A stretch of DNA of 50,115 nt from Chiloscyllium plagiosum. Its lineage: Eukaryota. The stretch is from assembly GCF_004010195.1 (NCBI RefSeq), contig NC_057711.1:76651817-76701931 (forward strand), given 5' to 3'. Position numbers and translations under genes: made by a program. The notes under the pieces are model-generated. The model saw only the letters and a list, made by a program, of their open reading frames with translations. It was not told the origin of the DNA and made no database searches. Of this stretch, positions 37,918-49,721 are shown piece after piece. Numbering within the stretch: position 1 is the first letter of the stretch; the number at the start of each line of letters is the position of its first letter.

Positions 37918-38993
37918 AGAAAGTGAGGTCTGCAGATGCTGGAGATCAGAGTCGAGAGTGTGTTGCTGGAAAAGCACAGCAGGTCAGGCAGCATCCAAGG
38001 AGCAGGAAAATCAATGTTTTGGGCTGGATCCCTTCATGGGGTAAAGGTGATAGGTCAGAGAGGAGGGTGGAGCGGATAGGTGGGAAGGAAGATTGATAGG
38101 TGGGACAGGTCATGAGGGCAATGCTGAGCTGGAAGGTTGGAACTGGGGCAAGTTGGGGGGAGGGGAAATGAGAAAACTGGTGAAGTCCCATTGATGCCCT
38201 GGGGTTGAAGGGTCACAAGGCGGAAAAAACAGCATCCTTCCTCCAGGCATCGGGCGGTAAGGGAGTGGTGATGCAGAAGGCCCAGGGCCTGCATGTCCTC
38301 GGCAGAGTGGGAGGGGGAGTTGGAATGTTTGGCCACGGGTCGGTGGGATTGATTGGTGCGGGTGTCCCGGAGATGTTCCAGAGGGCAATGGAGGCCCAGT
38401 CTCTGGATTCATTTAAGAAAGAGTTGGATAGAGCTCTCAAGGATAGTGGAATCAAGGGTTATGGAGATAGGGCAGGAACAGGATACTGATTAAGGATGAT
38501 CAGCCATGATCATATTGAATGGTGGTGCAGGCTCGAAGGGCAGAATGGCCTACTCCTGCACCTATTGTCTATTGTCTATTGTTCCCTAAAGTGCTGTGCA
38601 AGACGGCATCCAGTCTCCCCAGTGTAGAGGAGACCGCATCAGGAGCAAAGGATACAATAAATGACATGCGTGAAAGTGCAGTGAAATTTTGATAGATGTG
38701 GAAGGCTCCTTTGGGCATTGGATGGAGGTGAAGGTGGAGGTGTGGGTGCAGATTTTACAATTCCTGAGGTGGCAGGGGCAGGTGCTGGGAGAGGAGGGTG
38801 GGTTGTTGGGGAACAGGGACCTGACCAGCTAGTTGCAGAGGGAACGCTCTTTGCGGAAAGTGGATGGGATGGGGAGGGAAGTATATCTCTGGTGGTGGGG
38901 TCTATTTGTAGGTGCCAGAAATGTGGGTGATGCAATTTATGCAGAGGTTGGTGGGATGGAAGGTGAGGACCAGGGCGGTTCTGTACTTGTCCA
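37918..38993 (-). mobile_element. Penelope-like element 3' part with GIY-YIG endonuclease relic
   Basis: Minus-strand HVIYCILCS*CGLLYTGETG.RL.QHFRE; 11-bp TSD TAATGGTAAGG (37907-37917 and 38994-39004). Confidence 0.9.
38380..38579 (+). mobile_element. CR1 LINE 3' end (different subfamily) nested in the PLE
   Basis: EAQSLDSFKKELDRAL..SGIKGYG; (CTATTGT)n tail; TSD TGTTCC (38374-38379 and 38580-38585). Confidence 0.88.
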
Positions 38994-39150
38994 TAATGGT
39001 AAGGTCCTGGGGAGTGTGGCTGAACAAAGAGACCTTGGAGTGTAGGTTCATAGTTCCTTGATAGTGGATTTGCAAGTAGACTGGGTAATAAGGAAGGCAT
39101 TTGGTGTGCTTGTCTTTATTGGTCAGTGCTTTGAGGAAAGGAGTTGAGAG

Positions 39151-40167
39151 GAGTGTCACAAGGATCGGTGCTGGGTCCACCACTGTTTGTCATTTACATA
39201 AATGATTTGGATGTGAGCATAAGAGGTACAGTTAGTAAGTTTGCAGATGACACCAAATTGGAGGTGTAGTGGACAGCGAAGAGGGTTACCTCAGATTACA
39301 ACAGGATCTTGACCAGATGGTCCAATAGGCTGAGGAGTGGCAGATGGAGTTTAATTTAGATAAATGCAAGGTGCTGCATTTTGGGAAAGCAAATCTTAAC
39401 AGGACTTATACACTTAATGGTAAGGTCCTAGGGAGCATTACTGAACAAAGAGACCTTGGAGTGTAGGTCCATAGCTCCTTGAAAGTAGAGTCGCAGGTAG
39501 ATAGGATAGTGAAAAAGGCGTAAGGTATGCTTTCCTTTATTGGTCAGTGTATTGAGTACAGGAGTTGGGAGGTCATGTTGCAGCTGTACAGGACATTGAT
39601 TAGGCCACTTTTGGAATATTGTGTGCAATTCTGGTCTCCTTCCTATCGGAAGAATGTTGTGAAACTTGAAAGGGCTCATAACAGATTTACAAGGATGTTG
39701 CAAGGGTTGGAGGATTTGAGCTATAGGGAGATGCTGATTAAGTTGGGGCTGTTTTCCCTGGAGTGTTGGAGGCTGAAAGGTGACCTTATAGAGGTTTATA
39801 AAATCATGAGGGGCATGGATCAGATAAACAGACAAGGTCTTTTCTCTGGGGTGGGGGAGTCCAGAACTAGATGGTATAGCTATAGGGTGGGATGGGCAAA
39901 ATTTAAAATAGGCGTAAGGGGCAACCTTTTCACACAGAGGATGGTGCATGTATGGAATGAGTTGCCAGAGGAAGTGGTGGAGGCTGGTACAATTACAACA
40001 TTTAAAAAGCATCTGGATGGGTATATGAATAGGAAAGTTTTGGAGGGACATGGACCATGTGCTGGCAAATGGGACTAGATTAGGTTGGGATATCTGGGTG
40101 GCATGAACGAGTTGGTCTGAGGGATCTGTTTCTGTGCTGTACATCTCTATGACCCCATGATTCTATG
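39151..40167 (+). mobile_element. CR1/HER1 LINE, about 1 kb 3' portion
   Basis: QGSVLGP, SKFADDT; ORF 39527-40078 (183 aa) is the RT C-terminus; stop codon just upstream at 39521. Confidence 0.95.
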
Positions 40168-40334
40168 TCTAGGGTCTGCTTGTTAATAGGGGTTTGAGAA
40201 CTTGGGTAAATACAACTATGGGTGTCAATCCATTGATTGGTGTGAGGTTGCAAAGGGGACCTATTGGGAAAACAGGAAAAACACTGGCGTGAGTGATAGA
40301 GCCAAAAATGTTTGGAATTCTGTACATCATACAG

Positions 40335-40500
40335 TTGCAGAGACTAGATAATTGAAGTATTTAAGGTGGAGGTAGGCAGATATTTGACGACTGGGAGCTG
40401 CCAGAGAAGAAGAAATAAGGCCTGGGCAATTCAGCTATGATCTTGTTGAATGGTGGGTCTGACCTGAAGGACCAAATGGCTGACTCCTGCTCATATTCAT
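40335..40500 (+). mobile_element. Old CR1 3' end
   Basis: CAGCTATGATCTTGTTGAATGG...AAATGGCTGACTCCTGCTC, similar to 38500-38560. Confidence 0.7.
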
Positions 40501-42004
40501 TCCATTCTCATGTATCAGAGCCAGGGGATCAGGGCTGGCAGTGTGGGAAACAAAGGAACATGTGGAGATGAGAACAAGATTAGTGACAGGGGGACAGTGC
40601 AGATGTATGATGGTATGTGAAACAACAGTTGAAGGCGTGATAGCCAATGGGAGGGGGGGGTTATAGACAGTGGCACCACCATGCCATCCACAGTGGGAGT
40701 TTTGAGTAATGGGTAATGCTGGGATATGGGGGAGCAGGAAGTCTGTTGGAGGTGACATTTGATATGCTTGGTCTCCCCATTGGGAGGGTGTGTGGAAATT
40801 GGATGTCGAGGTAATGCAACAGGAAGGGGGGCATGGAAACTTTGGACCAGGGCAGCGGGTGATGGGGGAGTGGGTCGGGGGCAGCTACCTCACACCCAGA
40901 GAGACCCTGTTGCTGATGGTGACCATCGCGAGCTACGTTCCTAGCTATCACTTTCCATTCTCTCAATGCCCAGTGCAAATGAAAAATGGCTCAGAAAATG
41001 CACAGGGTGAGCAGGGTCTGTGTCACTTTTATAAGTGAAAGCATGGAATCTGCTGGACCTTAGCCATTGAGGAGACAACTGAACGCTGCTTCATATATCA
41101 TGTAAGTATCATGTGTGAATTAGTTGAGGTGGGTGTGAGACAGGAAGAGGTTTATAGAAGAGCTGGCACAGTCCTTTGGATATAATGTGTTAGCCACTCA
41201 GGCAGCATGGCACCTTTGTCAATTTGGTGCATAAGCAATGATCAGGGCCACGGTGGAGCAAACGATGGGGCTGCTAAAATTGTGATTCACAGCTTGGAGC
41301 TGTATGAGAGGGTCCTCCAGTGTTTGGACAGTCCGCTACACTTTCTTGGTATTGTATGTTCTGCGCAATTGCTGTCGATCATTCTCTTTTCCCTCTATAT
41401 CCATAGGAATTCAGAGTATGCTGTAGGTGATCCGACCTGAATAAAAAAGGAGTAAAGCTAATTGTAACGTAAGATAAAGGCATATAGTATTAGGTGGAAA
41501 GTAATTTTCTCCTTTTGAAATAGAACATAAAATTGTGTAATAAATGCTGAAATATTACAAATTACTACAGTTTTGAAACAATACCAATTAGTGCTTTGCA
41601 TCATTTTAGGACACATATCTTTCAAAACTTGGTTTCTATTTAGCACATTGCCTTTTAAATTATATTAAATGTGCTTCACTGCATTATGTCACTGTTCATT
41701 CATCCTTGAACAGACCATCTGGCCATGACAGAACTGTAGGACTGCTAATTCCTCATTAATATTCAAGCCCCACTTTGGGACTTAAAATAAAGACAGAAGA
41801 TATGCAAAACGCACAAGGAGTCATGGACGCATCTATGTTGATAGAAATAATTGCTATTTCAAATTGATGACCTTATATCAGTGATTAAATATTGGCATTC
41901 ACTAATACTTCAATTCATGTTGTGGGTGAGGCTGAAATGGTTGAAGAATCTGTCCAGGTGAGAGGACTGGAAGTCCTGCCAAGGTAACTCTTTATTTTGT
42001 TTCA

Positions 42005-42712
42005 GGATTCTCTTAAGATAAACTTGCAGGTTGAGTTGGTAGTTAGGAAGGCAAATAGAATGTTAGCACTTATTTTGAGAGGACTAGAATGTAAAAGCAA
42101 GGATGTGCATCTGAGGCTCTAAAAGGCTCTGGTCAGACCACATTGAGAGTATTGTGAGCAATTTTGGGCCCCATACCACAGGAAGGATGTACTGGCTCTG
42201 GAGCGGGTCCAGAGGAGGTTCACGAGAATGATCCGAAGAATTAAAGGCTTGACATTTATGTTTGAGGACTCTGGGTCTATACTCAATGGAGTTGAGAAGG
42301 ATGGTGGGGGGGGGTTGGGTTGGGGGGGAGGGTGTTGGGGGGGGGATCTAATTGAAACTTACAGAATACTGAACAGTCTGGATAGAGTGCAAATTGGGAA
42401 GATGTTTTCATTAACAGGAGGGACTAGAACCTGATGACACAGCCTTAAGGTAAAGGGAAGACCTTTTAGAACAGAGGTGAGGAGAAACCTATTCAGTCAG
42501 AGTGGTCAACCTATGGAATTCATTGCTGCAGAAGGCTGTGGAGGCCAGGTCATTGACTATATTTAAGACAGAGTTCTTGATTATCAATAGGATCAAAGGT
42601 TACGGGAGAAAGCGGGAGAATGGGCTTGAGAAACTTATTTGCCATGATTGAATGGTGGAGCAGATTCAATGGGCCGAATGGCCTAACTTTTGCTCCTCTG
42701 TTTTATGATCTT
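42005..42712 (+). mobile_element. CR1 LINE 3' portion (second subfamily)
   Basis: LVRPH..YCEQFWAP, LERVQRRFTRMI, GDLIETYRIL; 3' UTR GGGCCGAATGGCCTAAC. Confidence 0.9.
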
Positions 42713-43373
42713 GTTTCCCAAAAGCCAATCAAATTGGCCAACTACTGAGAGGGACCTTCAATGTCAAAATGATGTTGCAGGGAACCGTTGAAGTTGGTGA
42801 CTAGCAAGTGGGTAACCAGTAAAGCGTGTGTTTATTATTAGGAGGAAATACGGTCTGTTGTCAAAGTTGTGGGAGGAAGAGAAGTTATAAGGTTAAGGTG
42901 GGAACAAAAGCAAGTAATTGATCAGGAACGTGGAGGATGGTTTGTTTTTTTGATGCCTGAGAAAATACGCCTGCTCTTTCTGAATTACAAGGGGGGCTGA
43001 GGAAAACACTGTTGATTCAGTAACTTCCAGCTTCCGGTCACTGCTGAGTTTGCAAACGCTTGAGAAGCCTACACAGGAGAGGTGACTTTTTAAGGCATTC
43101 TCCCAATTGCATGGTGAAATCCCTGGCAGTAAATTCAGATTCCTAGGCACATGTTTCAGTAAATAGTAAAACATCGTTGGTATGCATGGTATGCGTCAGG
43201 GTCTCATTGTTCACATTTAATGCTTTAGATTTTTTTGCTTTCTCCCATCTTTCATTCGGCAGTCTCCTACAGTTCCATCTCATGATTGATCCAGTTGTAG
43301 CATCCCTCTGAAGTGGCAAAAATAACCAAGTCCACAGAAAGTCTTAGTCTTGTCCCCAGACATAGCATCTCCC

Positions 43374-43730
43374 TTTTTTTCATTATTCATTCACAGGATA
43401 AGGGTGTCACTGGTGAGACCAGCATTATTTTCCTATCCGTAACTGGCCAGAGGGCGGTTGAGAATCAACCATATTATTCTGGGTCTGGAATCATATGTAA
43501 GCCAGACCAGGTAGGGATGGCAATTTCCTTCCCTGAAGGACATTAGTGAACCAGATAGTTTTTTATTTCTTGACAATCGACAGTGGTAATCGTTAGACTG
43601 TTAATTCCAGATTTTTATTCAATTCAAATTCCACCGTCTCCCATGGCAGGATTTGCATCCAGTTCCCAGAACATTACTTGGGTCTCTAGGTTAATAGCCA
43701 GGTGCTAATACCACTATGCCATTTCCTCCC
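43374..43730 (-). mobile_element. SacSINE1/Deu-SINE, near full length
   Basis: tRNA-like head GGGAGGAAATGGCATAGTGGTATTAGC, Deu core CTGGTTCACTAATGTCCTTCAGGGAAGGAAAT, L2-like tail plus poly(A). Confidence 0.85.
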
Positions 43731-44429
43731 ATCCCCCTGAAATGGTTTGGAAACAGAGTCACCTTAGGATTCATGTGTGGACTGTTATGGAAGCAGCTAG
43801 TCATTTCAATCATTGGCTACTTCCATTCTTCTATGATTCTAATGATTCTAATGAGGAAGGTGTCTGAAACCTGAAGTGTGCACATTAAATCAGATAACAG
43901 CAGATCTAAACCATATGGATTTGCTTGGATAGATAGGGTAAGCTTTGAGGAGATAAAGTATCCTATTGGATCTGATCCAAAGGTACCTTTGCGGATCTTA
44001 CATTGCCCGAGTAAGATCCAAGCAGAAACTGTAGAGGGTATGTAGCAATCCTCCCTGGAGGCCAATTGAGTCCCTTAAGTAGTTACCTCAGAGCTAATTA
44101 AGGGCCTTATGCTGGCGCCATTGGAACTCTACTGGGACAACCACAAAGCAATCCTGTCTGACTTGTCTGACTTGTCTATGGCCAATTTGTAGAGAGCCCC
44201 TTTGTTTCAGGCACTTTGTGCCAGAGTCCCGGCCTCAGGAGGATGAAGCCCACAGAAAAACCTCCCTGAGCCTTCCTGGTAATCCCTCTCACATTCTGCT
44301 CCACTTAGCTTTCTCTCATGGCTGCAGTGTCTATGTCTGGTTAAGGCAGAGGTGCAGTCACTAGAGTTCCAGAGGACCATGTGGCTGCTGTGTCGTTAGA
44401 TAGAGACGATTGATAGGTAGTGATTTAAG

Positions 44430-44559
44430 GAGAAAGTGAGGTCTGCAGATGCTGGAGATCAGCATCCTGATTCCTGAAGAAGGGCTTATGCCGAAACGTC
44501 GATTCTCCTGTTCCCTGGATGCTGCCTGACCTGCTGCGCTTTTCCAGCAACACATTTTC
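44430..44559. mobile_element. Penelope-derived mini-insertion: minus-strand tail plus one plus-strand pLTR arm with HHR
   Basis: TSD AGGTAGTGATTTAAG (44415-44429)/AGGTAGTGAGTTAAG (44560-44574); same tail as 3675. Confidence 0.88.
44469..44505 (+). ncRNA. Minimal hammerhead ribozyme motif, core intact, 3-bp stem II
   Basis: GAUUC-CUGAAGA-AG-GGC(UUAU)GCC-GAAA-C-GUC^GAUUC. Confidence 0.7.
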
Positions 44560-44574
44560 AGGTAGTGAGTTAAG

Positions 44575-44780
44575 TCAAGAGTGTGTTGCTGGAAAAGCAA
44601 AGCAGGTCAGGCAGCATCAGAGGAGCAAGAGAATCGACATTTTGGGCCCGAGCCCTTCATCAGGAATGAGGCTGGGAGCCTTGGGGGTGGACAGATAAAT
44701 GGGAGGGGGGTGGGTCTGGGGAGAAGATAGCTGAGAGTCAATAGGTGGATGGAGGTGGAGGTAAAGGTGATAGGTTGGAG
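44575..44780 (-). mobile_element. Older PLE 3' end with mutated HHR
   Basis: Minus strand CTGATGA-A-GGGCTCGGGCCC-AAAA-TGTCGATT (GAAA changed to AAAA, consistent with CpG decay). Confidence 0.82.
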
Positions 44781-44937
44781 ATTTAACCTGAGGGAAACTA
44801 TATCTCACACAAGGGGCGTAGTTGGGAAGGCAGGACTTTCATGGTGATCTTAGCCAGTAAGAGAATTGAAGTACTGTATTGGTGTCACTCTGTATTGCAA
44901 ACCAGCCATCCAGCCAATTGAACTAACTGACAACCCT
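44781..44937 (-). mobile_element. tRNA-derived SINE (family of 4865-5055)
   Basis: TTAACCTGAGGG...CCAGCCATCCAGCCAATTGAACTAAC. Confidence 0.65.
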
Positions 44938-45775
44938 CCAAAGGCCTGAATGACATACCACAGTGACTACAGCTCCCAATGGAATTGCCAGTACCAGAGA
45001 GCTGTCAGCCTCTGATTCACTAGTGTGGGATCCCTACCCTGTAACAGGTTTGATTCCTTGGGAAGCCCTCACTGAGTCCTGTGTGTGGTCATGCTGGAGC
45101 TCCAACCAATCTTCAGGACATTCTCCATCAAAACTCTTCCTACAGTGACCATTAAATTTTATTTCATGTGCCATCTTTTGTTACATGGCAGGTACATTAC
45201 CCAATGCAATCATTAAAATTCTGCCCTCTTCTTCATAGGTCTAGGCGGTATGAAATAAAAGGCGGCAGAGCAGCAAAGGACAGACACGCCAACATCATTT
45301 GAGCCCTGCTGAAAGGTCAACTGCATTCGGTGTGACCGAGGACATGCAGGATAACAGTATGGTTCTGCTTTATGTCCTTTCTCAACTCCCACATCATGAT
45401 CATATGGCTTTCTGGCTTGAAGTGCAACTGCATGTGTGTGACCATGCAACTATTGCTTTCCACCCATTATGCCGTTCCCTCAGCTGAACGCTCCTCTTCT
45501 GAATTTCTGCTTCGAGTTACTATCCATACTAAAGGAATAGTTGATAGTTTGCAAATGTCAAATTTTGGCTAAAATATTCCTCATTTTTTGTTATATTTCA
45601 TGTACAAGTTTACTCTAATATCTGAGGGATAGTAAAGTGTGTTTTGCATGTTACATGACAATAGTCTGATAGATTTCTGATTTGGGAACTTGAATGGAAA
45701 TAGAATGTGTCATATAACTGGAAAAACTAACAACATCTCCAAGGCAACTTTTGGATGCAGAATGCCAACAAGGGC

Positions 45776-46330
45776 AGATAAATGCAAGGTGCTGCATTTT
45801 GGGAAAGCAAATCTTAGCAGGACTTATACATTTAATGGTAAGGTCCTAGGGAGTGTTGCTGAACAAAGAGACCTTGGAGTGCAGGTTCATAGCTCCTTGA
45901 AAGTGGAGTCGCAGGTAGATAGGATAGTGAAGAAGGCATTTGGTATGCTTTCCTTTATTGGTCAGAGTATTGAGTACAGGAGTTGGGAGGCTGTACAGGA
46001 CATTGGTTAGGCCACTTTTGGAATATTGTGTGCAATTCTGGTNNNNNNNNNNNNNNNNNNNNNNNNNNNNNNNNNNNNNNNNNNNNNNNNNNNNNNNNNN
46101 NNNNGGTGGTACGTGTATGGAATGAGCTGCCAGAGGATGTGGTGGAGGTTGGTACAATTGCAACATTTAAGAGGCATTTGGATGGGTATATGAATAGGAA
46201 GGGTTTGGAGGGATATGGGCCGGGTGCTGGCAGGTGGGACTAGATTGGGTTGGGATATCTGGTCGGCATGGACACGATGGACCGAAGGGTCTGTTTCCTT
46301 GCTGTACATCTCTATGACTCTATGACTCTA
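45776..46330 (+). mobile_element. CR1/HER1 LINE 3' portion containing an assembly gap
   Basis: DKCKVLHFGK...LYRTLVRPLLEYCVQFW; (ATGACTCT)n tail. Confidence 0.95.
46043..46104. other. Assembly gap (62 N)
   Basis: Run of N. Confidence 1.
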
Positions 46331-48267
46331 AGGAGCTAAAATATGGAAGGAACTTCCATCAGTAATATGTTCATAGACATTTGCAACAGTTACTATTCCC
46401 ATCGTTGCGCTCATGGATTCCCTCCACCTCATCATTCAACTGGAGTCTCAGGAGGTAGCCTCCATTTAACTGATTTTGTTGAAGGGGTCCAGGAGAGTGG
46501 GCAAGACATGGCACTCCTGTTTTAGGTGCCGTTATCATGTTTCAGACTTCTTCGGACTCCAATGAATCCTCCTTCATGATTCAGCCGTCTTCACTAGCCC
46601 TGTTTCTGAGCAGACAGACTTTCATTTAGCCCGCCCCCTGGCTCCCAGTCCTTTTCTGGTATGGTGACAGCCACTCTTATTTCAGCCTGCTTCTTCATGC
46701 AAGGCTCAATGCAATTGATTAATTGTTTTAGAACTTTTTAACCTTTCTTTCTCTCATTCTAAAACTGAAATGTTGCTTGCCTCCTTATTGTCTTTAAAAA
46801 GTGACCAGGCAACTCAAAGAATTATGCAAATTTGATGTTGAGAAAAAAATGGATCATTCCACTCCTCAAAAATATTTCTCATGTGTAATTTGACTCCCTA
46901 CAGTTCATGTAAATTTTGATCAGAAAGAGCTTGACTTTTACCAGTGGGGTGTGGGTGTGGTTGGGAGTGGGCTTGGTAGTGGCAAAATGATTGCTTGCAC
47001 ACTAGCTCACCAGAGGCCATGGTCCTAGATGGATTTTGCTACAATGAACACAGATTAGGACTTTGACAGGGTAACATTTATCACAATGTATGCCAAAATG
47101 CTTGGTGCATTTACAGGCCTCCCAAACAGCCTCTTGTTACTGCCCAGAGGCACAGAGAATGTTGTATTCACCCAGATGACCACTACTGGCACCATTGTGG
47201 TATTTGCCAGCTTTAACAGTATGTGTTCAGTGAAAAAGAGCTTTTCAGAGGGTTCACTGCCACCAATCTTCCTTTGTCCTTGCCTTTCTCATGATTAGTG
47301 GTAGAGGATACATTACTATAAATTATCTACAGCCAAGGTACTGCTTGAGTTAACAAGAAAATTTAGTACTTGAAAGCAATAGTAAAACTATATTTAATCA
47401 AGCATAATTACTAGCACCTTAAGGAGCTGATACAGAAGTATCTGTAGAGTAGAGTGCTTTGACTCCACTCACAGAATGTATATCAGTAGAGGAATGGGTG
47501 GAGCCAATGTAACATGTGCATTAACCTCGTCAGAGCCATTATCTTATACAGCGGAAGATTCTGGCTCAGGGCTGTTTGGAGAGCTTGGAGTCTATCTTTA
47601 CCTTTGTGGAATAGGTGACTAACTCCATGATAGCATTTGAGTACTAGCAGGATGCAGGACTTGAGGGCTGCTGACTCAACTTTCACAGCAGCCATCCACT
47701 GTCTCAGTGCTGCAAGGGCTCAGTCAGAAATCATGAGATTCACAATTGGTGCCAGTCAGGCCCAAAGTTTGAGCCAGCAAGTTTGCGAAGCTCTGTACTC
47801 TAAAGTCAAGCAATGTGCCCTCTGAGTGTTCACTAAGATTATGGACATTCTGCCAATGCCTTTGTATTGGCTGTCAGCAGACTGTAACTGCCCATCCTAG
47901 ATGGTGCAGAGTTTAATTTATTCATTCATGGGATGTGGGTGTCCTGGGCAGACCTCCATTTGTTGCCCACTCCTAGGCCCAAAGCTGCTTGAGAGCATCC
48001 TGCAGAGTCATCCTGCAACCTCCCCCATGAAGGTCTGCAGCCTTCTGTCAGCTCTGCTGCTACCACCGAAATATCACTACATACAATCATTGGATCAGAC
48101 AAAAGCTCCTAGGCTAATGGAATGCATAAGAATGAAAAATTCTTATTTGTTTGTTCACATGATGTGGTTGTAGCTAAAGATGTTAAGGAAAGGTTATTTT
48201 TGGTAGTTTTTCTTGCAGGATCTTGACAAAGAAAATGCTGTGGGTCATATGGATGATAACATGGCAG

Positions 48268-48480
48268 AGAACATAAGACCGTAAGAAATAGGGTCATGGC
48301 TGCTCTGACATTGCTAACATCCATGTTTCTGCCCTTCCTCCATAACCCATGATTCCCCTGCTGATTATGAATCTATCTATCTTAGCTTTAAATAATCACA
48401 GGACTGTGCCCCTACAGCTCTCTGTTAAGGTTTCCTAAAGACTCACAACCCTCTGAGAATAGAAATTCCTCCTCGTCTCA
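48268..48480 (-). mobile_element. CR1 3' end, internally deleted
   Basis: AGAACATAAGACCGTAAGAAATAGG tail; CACAACCCTCTGAGAATAGAAATTCCTCCTC. Confidence 0.7.
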
Positions 48481-49721
48481 CCCTTTTTTCAGTGGCATAT
48501 TAGTGAAGGAATGTTTCCACAAATGAAAGTGCAGTCTAATCAGGCATTCACGAACAGCTTACTTGGAGTGCCAGCTGCCTCTCTTCCCTGCTTTTTTTAC
48601 TCTTCATTGTCCTCCTTCTTCCAAGGTGATCTTTGAATGCCTAATGGCAAAGTCTGCATCCTTATGATGGCTTGAGGAGGTTTCAACAGATTGCTAAAAG
48701 CTTGGAGACGTACTCTGCCATTTACTGGAGGGTTTCCCTTCCACTGACCTCTCCCATATGGTCCAAGCATAATCGAAGCATTGTTTTATAATGCTGATGG
48801 TCCGCTGCATAATATTTCTGGTGACTATGTAGCTTTTATTATAGCTCTGTGATCTTGGAATAGTCGAGTGGTGGAGGTAGATTATCAGCTAGATGGTGGA
48901 TGCATCTCCCATGTCTCCAGCAGTCATTCTCAGGTTCTTTCTGTAGGTTTGAAGATTGTGATAATACCAGACTGCCTCAGGATGAAGGTATCATGGCATG
49001 CTATGATCTGTGCATGACCAATGACATGCACATTAATCGCAGGTTAGCTCTTACAAATCCTTTAACTTTTACTATTGTAATGGGGAGCCTATAGAGTCAT
49101 CTACATTTGGTCAATGACTCTATCTATAATTGGAATCTCATTATCATGGCAGAACTTAGTAAACAAATTATTAGACATAATTACGAGAAAGTACGATTCT
49201 ATCTTTTTTCATGTAATTAAATATCCTCGCTCTCTGATTGAACATTGTGGATTTGACATTAATCTTTTTTAACTTTTCAAATAACTGGTAAATGACCTTC
49301 AGCAAAAATGGGCACATGTAATAGTTGAAATAACTCAGCATTTAACAAGACAATTTCCATTGCTTGGTAACAGGAGAATAAGGGGTATAGATGCAAAATT
49401 ATCAGTATAAGAAGCAGCTGGGAAGTTGAATTGTTTTCATATGTCAGATTATGAAAATGTACAAACAGTAATTGAAGCAAAGATTATGGTGTTGAATTTC
49501 CTTAAAACATCTTCCTCTTTGTCATCATGGCATCAATAGGTAAAGAGAAATTCCCCTTGAACTTCTGCTGAAATCCTGGGAAAATACATTTTCTACAACA
49601 TTTTAAAAGTAATGTGAATGTAGTGCCGAGATAGTGGACCGTATTTTTGAAATGTATTGGAGGGCTGGAAAATTGGCGTTAGTGAATAGTGTGCCCATTG
49701 CTGTGAAGTTTCCTGTCAAAG

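Larger units (their letters stand above)
37672..39150 (+). mobile_element. CR1/HER1 LINE fragment split by a Penelope insertion (pieces 37672-37917 and 38994-39150)
   Basis: SKFADDTK and FNLDKCEVLHF motifs; resumes TAATGGTAAGG|TCCTGGGGAGTG after the insert. Confidence 0.9.

Noticed and set aside
39428..40144. Longest ORF (238 aa, minus strand) and similar ORFs at 6912, 45846 and 49780
   Set aside because: Antisense frames of CR1/HER1 RT sequence, not genes
40540..41450. GC-richer segment with several 60-107-aa ORFs (similar segments at about 28250-29000, 37180-37660 and 43950-44400)
   Set aside because: Probably decayed DNA-transposon (Harbinger-like) sequence, but no diagnostic motif could be supported
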